DNA from: Octopus vulgaris
Taxonomy: Eukaryota
DNA: 64,000 bases
Reading direction: 5' to 3'
Assembly (NCBI GenBank): GCA_951406725.2
Contig: OX597834.1
Coordinates: forward strand, 15,934,001-15,998,000
This document shows positions 41,672-54,065 of this stretch, in pieces. Position numbers and translations under genes: made by a program. The number at the start of each line of letters is the position of its first letter. The stretch's first letter is position 1. Under the pieces are notes generated by a model, which saw nothing but the letters and a program-made list of their open reading frames with translations, was not told the DNA's origin and ran no database searches.

Positions 41672-41985
41672 ATACCAATTAAGGACTGAACACGAAAAGT
41701 GAACAGTCAACATGCTAGATATAGACGTCAAATCGCAATTCTCCACAAAAGATTATGTTCTCAAATCAAACTTTATTGCTTTGGTTTTGTGCTGAGTTTG
41801 ATTTGAGAACATAATCTTTTGTGGAGAATGGCGATTTGATGTCTATATCTAGCATGTTGACTGTCCACTTTTCATGTTCAGTCCTTAATTGGTATATATA
41901 AATATTTTAATCTTCGGATTCTTTTTTAAAATGCTGGACCACTGGTTTTAATTGATAAATATCAATTTCTACCCTTAATTAATTT

Positions 41986-41990
<5 letters not shown>
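41672..41990. mobile_element. TA-embedded fold-back element (about 105-bp arms plus unique tail)
   Basis: Arms at about 41672-41772 and 41795-41897; the right arm plus tail match a single-arm copy at about 32610-32830. Confidence 0.75.
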
Positions 41991-42027
<37 letters not shown>

Positions 42028-42161
42028 TTTTAAAATAGAAAATTACCCTTTAACAGGTAATTTTCACATGCTAGAAAAAACAGGCAACACGGCCAAAACC
42101 ACAATTTAATAGTAAATTTCGAAGTAAATGAAAAATAAAAACTTTTACCTTAATATTTAAT

Positions 42162-42270
42162 GGTTATACCATGGTTTCAAATTACTTTAGCAAATAATAT
42201 TACTTGCCATCCTTTAATAGGTAATTTAGCAAGACAACATTATCCACCAGGCGAACTCTCATCAGTAACC
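42162..42270 (-). ncRNA. Type I hammerhead ribozyme motif, canonical core, long stem II
   Basis: Minus strand reads ggtta CTGATGA gagtt...(about 80 nt)...aattt GAAA ccatgg TA taacc: stem I ggtta/taacc, palindromic stem III, GUA cleavage triplet. Confidence 0.7.
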
Positions 42271-42801
42271 CGCCTCAATAACTAACTTATAATTCATAGA
42301 CAAGATAACACGTGTCCCATCATTATATGTTATAATTTTTCAAAATACCGTGTGCAGGCACATTTACAGTCAGCAATAAGTACAATGCCGAACTGAATCT
42401 TCGAGAATGCTAAGAACATATTCATAAGATACATATATAGGATGGCGAATATTCGTTATAAATATCACCACCAGTGGCCCAGCATATATAAATAGTCAAT
42501 AGACAACATATTCATATTTTAAAATAGAAAATTACCCTTTAACAGGTAATTTTTACATGCTAGAAATAGCAGCCAACACAGCCGGCCGTGTATCTTATGT
42601 ATATATATATATATATTTATATATGGGTGAAAAGGAACACACGAGTTGATATATATGAAAAAACAAGTCAAGATAGAAAATGCTAAAATAATTTTATAAA
42701 GAACATTTCAGTACCAGTTTCGGTCATTTTGAGACCTTTTCAAATATTCCTTTAAAAAAACTTTTCTTTTAATTTTTCTAAATTTAATTATTTAATCGTT
42801 A

Positions 42802-42839
42802 CAGTTGAAAAGGTCTCAAAATGACTGAAACCGGTACTG
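42802..42839 (+). ncRNA. Minimal hammerhead ribozyme variant (U3-A8)
   Basis: cag TTGAAAA ggtc tcaaaat gact GAAA ccgg TA ctg; the mirror copy on - at 42709-42743 has a perfect ggtc/gacc stem II. Confidence 0.5.
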
Positions 42840-42938
42840 AAATGTTCTTTATAAAATTATTTTAGCATTTTCTATCTTGACTTGTTTTTTCATATACATA
42901 TATATATATATATATATATATCATCATCATCATCATAA

Positions 42939-42970
<32 letters not shown>

Positions 42971-44043
42971 AAATGAGAAAATTTTCTGTAAATACACAAA
43001 TGACAACTAAAAAATGTAAAACATGTATTGAGTGCACAATGGATGAAAGACAAACATAAAAGGTTCTGGGCCCTTTTGTATCTGTCTTCTATATTGTTTG
43101 TCTTCTGTATTTACATTGCCTTTTCTCATTTATTGAGTGATGGAACGCAACATACCCTGGCTTCAATTAGCACTAAGTTGTGTGTGTGTGTGTGTGTAAA
43201 AGATTTTTACACATAGGCACACAAATAAATACATACTTGTTCATATATACACAAAATAGTTATTAACTTGTAGACGAGTATGACCACCACCAACAAATTA
43301 TCTGATCCTAGATGTTAAAGAAACTGGCTATTAACAGCGCCAGATCCGAAATGTAACCCTTTAGCATTGGCCCAAAGATGCTACTTCTTTTTACATCCAC
43401 ACTGGTCTGTTCTGGCCTCTCACACCAACCTACAATGTCATCCTAAAAGCAAACAATCATATCTTTGAAGTTTCAAAGATACACGAGGCAAAAATGCATG
43501 AGTCATTCAAAACAATGTCAATAAATAAATATTAAATTTCAGAGAGAGATCTGAATGCCAAAGGGTTAGGGTTATTAACAGCTTGCACAAAATCACTAAG
43601 GCCCTCACTTAAAAGTCAAATACTCCAGAAACAAAACAAGAGCAAAATCTCCAACTTTGCAACGAGGTGGGTGTCACTTCAAAGAATATTCCCTTCCTAA
43701 TGAGACGTCCAAGCAAAGACTGGGGTATCTCTAACTCTAAGCTGTTGGATGGCCATTCACTGCTCATCTGGGTTCATCTGCCCTTTGATGAGATTTTCTT
43801 TCCAGCGAAAACCACCCACCTTACAAAGCAGATTTTGTAGGGTTGTCAGTTTAGTTGCCTACAGCACTCAGCCATGCAACAGGTTGTACTAGGCCAAATG
43901 CTACCAATAGTACTATACGTGACCTGACACACACATACATATATCTACCTATACAGAATATATATAGATTGTACATAAACACACACACACACACATTTAT
44001 CCTTTCTCAGACATAGCATCAGGGTTTTATTTATTCATTTATT

Positions 44044-44080
<37 letters not shown>

Positions 44081-44505
44081 ACACACATCCAAACTGGTGA
44101 TAGGTACCAACACTTCCATGTGACATGCCTCAACAATTGTGATGACCTCTTCACATGACACCATTGGTAACCATTTTAACTCAAAAAGTATATGTGCATC
44201 TGTGTGTGTGTGTGTGTGTGTACATATATGTATGTATGTATGTATATATGTATTGTATATACATATATGTATACTGTATATACATATATATACATGCAAA
44301 CATGCTATATATTATATATATACACATACATTTTATACATATACACACATACTATATTATATATACACACATACTTACATATGTTGTATTATATATATAT
44401 ATATTTATACACACACGCACACACACATTATACATAAATACACACCCACACACACATTTGGTGCCCCAGCATAGTCACAGTGTTTGAATTGAAACCAGTA
44501 AAAGA

Positions 44506-44547
<42 letters not shown>

Positions 44548-44685
44548 CTCAATCAATGCTTCTTTAGGAAAATGAATGGTAATAGCAATAAACTATGGGT
44601 ATATTTTCTTTGGAATGTGAAAAATAAAGGTGGGGGGGGGAGGAAAAAGCAAATTGAAATATGCTTATATATTAATGATTCTCAC

Positions 44686-44790
44686 CTGTGTAAGGTAACA
44701 TATTAACACTTGTGCTTCTGAAGAGACTGTCGTAGTTGTTCCGAATAGGAATGTTGTTACCATAGGAACCAGACCGTCGATGGCCTAGGG
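44686..44790 (-). CDS. Internal coding exon (105 nt, phase 1-1) of an unidentified minus-strand gene: xLGHRRSGSYGNNIPIRNNYDSLFRSTSVNMLPYT
   Basis: Acceptor cttcctttcctctgtgttctttgacatattgctacag with an upstream ctaac branch-like motif; donor CAG|gtgaga; open frame; unique, balanced-composition sequence; phase matches the next exon. Confidence 0.85.
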
Positions 44791-45089
44791 CTGTAGCAAT
44801 ATGTCAAAGAACACAGAGGAAAGGAAGCCAGGTTAGTCGACATGCATAGCCTAGAACTGAAGCTCTATTGTCCAACATAGAGAATACGTAAAGAGAAAAA
44901 ACAAAACATACACACACACACATATATATGTATATGTATACACAAACACACACATGAGCACATGCGATAAATACATCCAGTATGTGAAAGCTACAAAAAA
45001 AACAAAAAACATAAATAAAACATAACAAATTGATAACATTAAATGAAGAACAAACTCCAATTAGTATGAAATTTAAGTCTGTGAATGCA

Positions 45090-45129
<40 letters not shown>

Positions 45130-45224
45130 TATACACACATACACACAAATGAGTAAGCAGAAATGCGAAATAAGATGGGAAAAAAAAATAGTACTCAAAT
45201 ACCGGACAAGGAGTAATATTTTAA

Positions 45225-45260
<36 letters not shown>

Positions 45261-45408
45261 GAGCTGCAAGAACATCACAAAAATCTACAACTCAAAGAGT
45301 TTCATGTTTCCATTGCAATTTTATTCCGTTCTTGATCACAACTGCCCAAGAAACGGAAACGTGAAACTCTGAGTAGCAGATTTTTGTGATGCTCTTGTTG
45401 CAGATTTA

Positions 45409-45476
<68 letters not shown>

Positions 45477-45495
45477 CAATATATATAGGTGTGCA

Positions 45496-45553
<58 letters not shown>

Positions 45554-45596
45554 CCCTTTTGTCTCCATAAAAAGAGGCAAAAATTATTTCTTCTCT

Positions 45597-45628
<32 letters not shown>

Positions 45629-45662
45629 CTGATACATACACATACATACATTTCTCACCCTA

Positions 45663-45717
<55 letters not shown>

Positions 45718-46641
45718 GTGTGCGTGTGTATGTATGTATATATTTGCTTAGTGTCAGTTGTTGCTGCCATAAGATGGTTTCATAGACCTTTGTGTTTTAC
45801 GTCCAGATGTTTCACACAAACCGATCTTCGGTAATCTTTAGACAGACTATTGTAAAAGTTGACGCAGCAAAAGACAAGCTAGTGACCAATGGACTTCGGT
45901 ACATACAAGTGCATCATCAATGAATATGAAACCAGCAATAATGAGGAACACACAAGAATAACTCAACTTTTGTAAATGACCGAAACACGTGTAGGTGGTA
46001 ATCTTCAATATTGTCTGGGCAGACAAGATTACCATTCATATATTTCTCTTCCAAATATTTTTTTTTTACTGTTAGAAATAACTTGTACATTCCAACAGTG
46101 ACAATTTCTTTTATTTTTTTAAAAAATTAAATGATTTTTTGGGGGAAATGAAAGTAGTCAACCATAACCTCATGGCATTCCAAAATAGAACAACTTCATA
46201 AAAATAATAACAATGGTTTCCAAATTAGGAGAGAAAGGATAAGTCAATTACATCGACACCAGTGCTCAGCTGGTACTTATTTTATTGACCCCAAAGGGAT
46301 GAAAGTCGAAGTTAACCTCAGTGGAATTTGAACTCAGAACATAAGGATGATTAAAATGCCACAAAGCATTTTGCCCGGTACGCTAATGATTCTGCCAGCT
46401 CGCCACCTTATATAATAATAATAATAATAATAATAATCCTTTCTACTATAGGCACAAGGCCTGAAATCGTAGGGGAGGGGACTAGTTTATTAGTCCATGG
46501 TCCAGGCAAAATTCACCGAGGTATCATTAGTGTTTAATTTATCAACCCCAAACAGATAAGAGGCAAAGAATTTGGATGAGCCACAAGATGTGCTGCTAAG
46601 CATTTTGCCTGGTCTGCTAATGATTTTTCCACCTCGTCGCC

Positions 46642-46673
<32 letters not shown>

Positions 46674-46969
46674 TAAGAGGAAGAAGAAGAAGAAGAAGCA
46701 TATACATTTTTCAGCACTTATTCGTTTGGATAACCTTTGGGATAACCAAGTTATTTTTTGCATGTTCCTCATTACAGTTGATTTCATTCTAGACGCCACA
46801 ATTGTTCCGAAATTTGAAGATTACAGACAAGCTTGCCTTCTGTTTCACCAACTTACAACAAAAGTCCCCTCAGTACGATTGTGCTCAAACATCTAGATGA
46901 AGCTAGCTGTCAGTCAAACCAGTATACAAAAGCAGAAACAGACAATAAGCATACATACATCCACATATA

Positions 46970-47005
<36 letters not shown>

Positions 47006-48829
47006 CATATACAAACAATACACTATGAAACTCCCTGTAAGTACATAGAATATTTCAATGATTCACATGAGAAAAAGAACAGCATCCAACCAATCTCTTT
47101 ACACCCTATTTCCTTTTTAATAAGGTTTATCCAAGACTTCATAGGGTGGTGTATGTGTTTTGTGATAGGCCTTCTGAGTGTAATGGCTTCATAGGATAAT
47201 GTTTGTGGGTCACCACAGGCCCTCTGAGATTGGTGACCTTGATACGGTTGGATGGTCAGAACATTTAGAGAAAAAGAAGAAAAAGAAAGCATATCTGGGA
47301 ATGAGATCCCAATGGAGAGACATTCTGAAGAATGCTCGTTAGTGTGGGTCCAGGTAAGGTTGGGGAGAGGAGAGGTGACGTGATATAGGTGACAAGGAGG
47401 AGGAAGAGGGATGGTGGGCGTTGATGGAGGCGGTGTGCAGAAGCTGTTTAGTTTGTTACAGATTAAGCAGTGTGAGTGTAGTGTGCCTTTGTAGGTCAAA
47501 GGTTAACGTGAGAGCTTTTTTTTAAAATTTATTTTTTTAATATTTTAGTCAATAGAGAATGAAGTGCCTATGGACTCTTGAGCCTTTATGGAGCCCTTCA
47601 AGACAGATGGGGAGAATGGAGAAAGGCATGCTCAAACCGGAGAGTCAGGCCCAAGAATGATAACAGAGTGAATATGGATAAAGGCATCCAATATATTGAA
47701 CCAGACAAGAGATTCACCCTTCGATACCAACCTGCCTGGGACTGCCCTTGGTTGTACAACACAAACTCTTGTTTTAAAGAGATCTAAATGAAAAACCCTC
47801 CATCGAAATTTGGAACACTTTATGTTCCAAACTACCAGAAACTAGCCATAGGCAAGGTTGTGTGGTGGGGGGAAGCACTCCGTCAGTTACAACGACGAGG
47901 GTTCCGGTTGATCCGAATCAACGGAACAGCCTGCTCGTGAAATTAACGTGCAAGTGGCTGAGCACTCCACATACACGTGTACCCTTAACGTAGTTCTCGG
48001 GGATATTCAGCGTGACACAGAGAGTGACAAGGCCGGCCCTTTGAAATACAGGTACAACAGAAACAGGAAGTAAGAGTGAGAGAAAGTTGTGGTGAAAGAG
48101 TACAGCAGGGATCACCACCATCCCCTGCTGGAGCCTCGTGGAGCTTTAGGTGTTTTCGCTCAATAAACACTCACAACGCCCGGTCTGGGAATCGAAACCG
48201 CGATCCTATGACCGCGATCCTATGACCGCGAGTCCACTGCCCTAACCACTGGGCCATTGCGCCTCCACTGGTTGTGTGGTAAGAAGCTTACTACCCAACC
48301 ACATGGTTCTGGGTTCAGTCTCACTGCACAGCACCTTGGGCAAGTGTTTCGGGACGACCAAAGCCTTGTGAGTGAAACAAGTAGCAGAATAACAGCATAC
48401 TAATGAGAAAGTTATTTAATAAAATTATTAATTAATTGAAATAAGGGAAGTGTATTTCAACAGAAGTATGGTGAGAAAAGGGCTTTGGGATCAGTCCCAC
48501 CGCACAGTGCCTTGGGCAAGTGCCTTCCATTATAGCCACGGGCTGATCAAGGCCTTGTGAGTGGATGCGATAGATGAAAACTGAAAGAAACCTGTCTTAT
48601 AAATGTGCGTGCATGTATGAGCCTGCCTTTTACTAGACCTTATGAGATTGTTGCCAATGAGCATCATCATCATCATCATCATACAAGGGAGGGTACACAT
48701 GTCTGTGGAGTACTCAGCCACTTGCACATGAATTTCATGAGCTGGCTGTTCTGTTGACTGGATCAACAGGAGAACTCATCATCATAACCAACAGAGTGCT
48801 ATCTGTCTGTCTGTCTGTCCATCCGTCCA

Positions 48830-48860
<31 letters not shown>

Positions 48861-48929
48861 GACTGTCTGTCTATCTATCTATCTATCTGTCTATCTATCT
48901 ATCTGTCTGTCTGACTGTCTATCTATATA

Positions 48930-48982
<53 letters not shown>

Positions 48983-50006
48983 ATATCTGTCTGTCTGTCT
49001 GTCTGTCTATATATCTGTCTGTCTGTCTGTCTGTCTGTGCACCTAGAAAGTTACCCTCCGAAGCACAAACCCAGGCAACGTTGTTTATGGAAGACCAGCA
49101 GTTACCCATGCATGCCAGTCTCCCCTCTCCATTCCACCAATTTCGTCCAAGGGAAAAGGCAAAGGCCAATACAGCTTGGCACCAGTGACGTCTACAGGTG
49201 AGTGAACAGGGGCAACGGGAAATAAAATGTCTCCTTAAAAAACAGCTCACAACACATCCCTATCTGGAAATTGAACTTACAACCTCACAACTGTAAGCCT
49301 GACACTCTAACCACTCAGCCATGAACCTTCACATATGATATAACACTGCAGTACTTAAATTCACAAATGAACTTGGCATATCTATTTGAACTATTTTCAT
49401 TGCGATATAAATATCAGAGGTTTAGGCCACAGACGATTTACTATACGTGAAAGACATCTATCAATAAATGTGAGTATCGTTTTAACCGAAATAGCAAAAT
49501 GTCATGGTAGATAAAAAAGAAATCGTTATTGAAAAGCTATATTTTAAATAGATAGAAACGAATCAAATTCTCATTCATAACGAAGATACTCTAACGAGAT
49601 TAGTTGACAATTACATAGCAGAAAATATAAAACGAGATATTTAAGGATGAAAACCAAAATGAAATAGATGCAGACTATTATTATTAAAAATGGAAAATAA
49701 AAAAATTTTTTAAAAATAAAAATAAAAATGAAAAGAAATTATCCCAGAACTTGAGGTGTATTTTCAGCAGTGTTACTAAGACAAATAACTGTTCCACAAA
49801 TAAATTATATGAATATGTATGCTATATACACACATACTCACATTTAAGTATATATTAATAAATATATTTTATATATACACACACACACACACATATATGC
49901 ATATAAAGTTAATCCAAACAAGAAAGCACAAAAAAAACACAACAACGCGAGGACGTGGAACAAATATAGTATTATTGGACGCTCAGGAAAGAAGGAAAGG
50001 AGGAGG

Positions 50007-50041
50007 GTTTAACGTTTCAAGCGGAGCTCTTCGTCGGAAAC
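50007..50041 (-). ncRNA. Minimal hammerhead-like motif (U4C variant) in a TA-flanked element at about 49905-50120
   Basis: gttt CCGACGA agagc tcc gctt GAAA cg TT aaac. Confidence 0.45.
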
Positions 50042-50130
50042 ATAGGAGAAGGAAAGATCCAGAGAAGGGAAGACAGAGGAAAAAAATCGCCAACTGTACA
50101 CACGAGGTCACATTTTGCATATATGTATAC

Positions 50131-50173
<43 letters not shown>

Positions 50174-51197
50174 AAAGTGTGTCCCTTTTTGTGTATGTAT
50201 ATATGTGGCCAATGACAGTACTGCCTGAATGGCACTTGTGCCAATGGAACGTTAAAAGCACATCTGAGCGTGACCGTTGCTAGGGCCATGGATCGGCTTC
50301 TGTGTCGGTGCCACATAAAAAGCACCATTCGATCATGATCATTGCCAGTATCGCCTTACCAGCGCATGTGCTGGTGGCATGTGAAAAACAACATTCAAGC
50401 GTGGTCGTTGCAGTGCTGCTGGACTGGCTCCCGTGCAGGTAGCACGTAAAAAAACATCTTTTGAGCATGGTCGCTGCCAGAACTGCCTGACTGGCCCTCA
50501 TGCCGGTGTCATGTAAAAGCATCCACTACACTCTCAGAGTGGTTGGCGTTAGGAAAGGCATTCAGCTGTAGAAACTTTGCCAGATCAGATTGAGCCCGGA
50601 GCAGCTTTCAGGCTTACCAGTCCTTAGTCAAACCGTCCAACCCATGCCAGCATGGAAAGCGGACGTTAAACAACGATGATGATCATCATCAATCAACATC
50701 TGCTTTCCATGCTGGCATGGGTTGGACGGTTTGACAGGAGCTGATCAGCTGAAGAGCTGTCCAGGAACCATGTTTCTGCTGGCATGGTTTCTATGGCTGG
50801 ATGCCCTTCCTAACGCCAACCATTTTATAGAGTGTAGTGGGTGCTTTTATGCAGCACCAGCATGGGTGCTTTTTACATGGCACCAGCACCAATGAGCCCT
50901 CAAGATTAGGGATGCTCAGTTGCAGGGGACGCGCCTGTATGCAAGAGCAACCACACTTCTATTTAGCATATGTCTTTTCAAGCACAGCAAGCCACCACGA
51001 ATCTCGGTACATACACAAACACACACACACACAACACACATACACACATATATACACACACTGCTTCCCAACTACATGGTTTTGAGTTCAATCCCATTGC
51101 ACAGAACCTTGAGCAAGTATTTTCTACAATAACATTGGGCTGAGCAAAGACATATGAGAGAATATGGAAGATAGTGATAAAAGAAGTCGGTCATACA

Positions 51198-51241
<44 letters not shown>

Positions 51242-51610
51242 GAGGCGCAATGGCCCAGTGGTTAGGGCAGCGGACTCGCGGTCGGAGGATCGCGGTTTTG
51301 ATTCCCAGCCCGGGCGTTGTGTGTGTTTATTGAGTGAAAACATCTAAAAGCTCCACGAGGCTCCGGCAGGGGGTGGTGATCTCTGCTGTACTCTTTCACC
51401 ACTCTTTCTCCCACTCTTTCTTCTGTTGGCCTGCTCGCTTAGCCAGCGGGATGGCGTCATTCAAAGGCTAAAACAATGCGAACGCATTGTGACCAGTGAT
51501 GTGTAACAACATCTGATGGTCTGGTCGGTCATGTGATCACGTGATATATATATATATATGTGTATGAGTATGTGTACGCATGTGTATACATACAAGTGTG
51601 TGTGTGTATG

Positions 51611-51645
<35 letters not shown>

Positions 51646-53689
51646 TTTATGAGAGGTAATGGTGTCATTGAGACTCAAGGGTGTCAGGTAATGCTGAATA
51701 AGTGTTATAGACAGACCATAGCTAAGTTCCAGGTTTGGTGATTATACAAATAAGGGGTTCAATGTTGGTCCTATGTCAGTGTGTGTATATAAAAATGTTG
51801 TTTTGTAATGAGATAAAAACACCAAGGCTGTATAGATTTTAGAAAACATTTATAGATAGAAGACCTTCTATCTATAAATATTCTAAAACCTACACAGCCT
51901 TGGTTTTTTTATCTCATTACGAAAAAATTTTTTTATACATATATATATATATATATATATACTCACATATGCGCACACATATATACATATATTGTGAAGG
52001 TGTATAGCCTATTGGCTTGGTTGTTGCATTCATGATCCCTAGATCATGGGTTAAATTCAACCAAGCGGTGCATCCTGTTCTTGAGCAAAACATTTCATTT
52101 CACATTGCTCTGCAATCATTTTCACATCTGACATGTGGCACACTTGCGCACTTTTACAGGCAATGTTGATTTAATGGAGCAAGTGAGCTAATGTGCAGCA
52201 CATGCGTTCAATCACTATAAACAAATCTTTGATGGATGTCTTTCGTCAAAAAGCTGAAACTCTAATACATCATGTTTGACAGGCAAATCCATCATGTATA
52301 CTACACCCTTAGGTTAACCAACAGTTCGCAAATAAAATCTGATGGAAACTATGTAAAGAGCTCATCATACATATAGCATCATCATCATCATCATTTAACG
52401 TTCGTTTTCCATGCTAGCATGGGTTGGACGGTTCAACCAGGGGCTGGTAGGCTATGGAGGTTGCACTAGGCTCCAGTCTGGTTTAGCAGTGTTTCTACAG
52501 CTGGATGCCCTTCCTAATGCCAACCACTTCATGAGTGTAGTGGGTGTTTTTTACATGCCACCGGCACAGGGGTCAGATGAGGCTGGCAAACGGCCACAAT
52601 CGGTTGGTGCTTTTACGTGTCACCGACACGGACGCCATGTGTGTGTGTGTGTGTGTGTGATCGTGCGTTTGTCTGTGATGCACCAGTTTGTATCTATAAC
52701 TTATTTGATTCAAGAAACAGATCAATAACATCATCATCATCATCAACATTTTCATTTAATGTCCGCTTTCCATGCTGGCATGGGTTGGAAGGTTTGACCG
52801 AGGGCTGGCAAGCCAGAAGTCTGCACCAGGCTCCAGTCTGATCTGGCAAAGTTTCTACAGCTGGATGCCCTTCCTAACACCAACCACTCTGAGAGTGTAG
52901 AGGATGCTTTTTATGTGCCACCGGCACAAGGGCCAGTCAGGCAGTACTTAGCAACAAACACACTTGAACAGTGCTTTTTATGTGCCACCAGCATGGGAGC
53001 CAGTCAGGTGGAACTGGCAACGGCCAACAACAATAAATATCAAACTGGAATAATATACGATCAACTAAAATCCATGAAGGTAGAGCTGCAGATTGCTACA
53101 GTCCAGTGACTCAACACCATTGTAGACTATGGTCGAACAAAAGGTACAACAGAAATGCAGTCAGGTTCAGAATTGCAAGACAGGAAACTTTAGTTGTAGC
53201 AGATGCACAGGAGTATATATTAGTTAGAGTGGCCCAAAAATATGTTGTTTACATAATGGAAAATACCTAATTAGTGGCTCATGGTGGGGTAGGGGGGAGG
53301 TCCGTAAGGTCCCTGAGAGCCCATGTAAGATTTTTAGGGGTCCACGTAACAAAACAGTAAATTAGGGATCTACAATAGTATTTTAAAGGCCCTTGAAAAA
53401 GATTTCGTTTTGATGTATGCATTGCAAGAAACAGCTGGGTTTCTTTCTCTAACATTTTACATAGTTCAACCAACATGAGGTGTGTGAAAAATTAAAAAAA
53501 ACAGGAGTTTTGAAAGAAGTTTCTATAAAATGAATCTTTAAACTTCAAATGGTTATGAGGGTTGACCAGAATAAAATAGTAATCAAAGATCAAAGGGGTC
53601 CATAGATAAAATATGGTTGAGAACTCCTGCTCAAGAAAAAACTGACAGCTTTTGTTTACATTAACCTCATTTGCCATAAAGGTGGGCAC

Positions 53690-54065
53690 TTTAAATAAAT
53701 ATAAAGTGGCCAAAGAGAAAGATCAAAGAAGAGGAAATGTTCAGGAAGCGCCAAAAGGATTCTCTGACCACGTGAAGGACCAGATTGTATAATATTTGTG
53801 TAGAAAGTGCTCTCCTTCATCAGAAATGAGGCAAGCCTGATGTACTGGATGTGTAATGTTAGTACAGAGCCCGCAAATGAAATGCAATGTTGCACACAAA
53901 GTGAAACACAGAGGAGGCACTAAGACAGGTGAGAAATGAAGGAAGATGCTCTGCAGAATGTGCAACATCAGTACAGATGCATGAGTGAACATAAAGGGGG
54001 GGATAAAAACACTGGGGACAAGAAGAATAAGACATAGTGTGGAAAGGAATAGAATGCTGTAGTGG
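53690..54065 (+). mobile_element. Highly decayed RTE-like LINE remnant
   Basis: EASLMYWMCNVS resembles the ExxMLRWMCxV motif of RTE ORFs; many indels. Confidence 0.35.
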
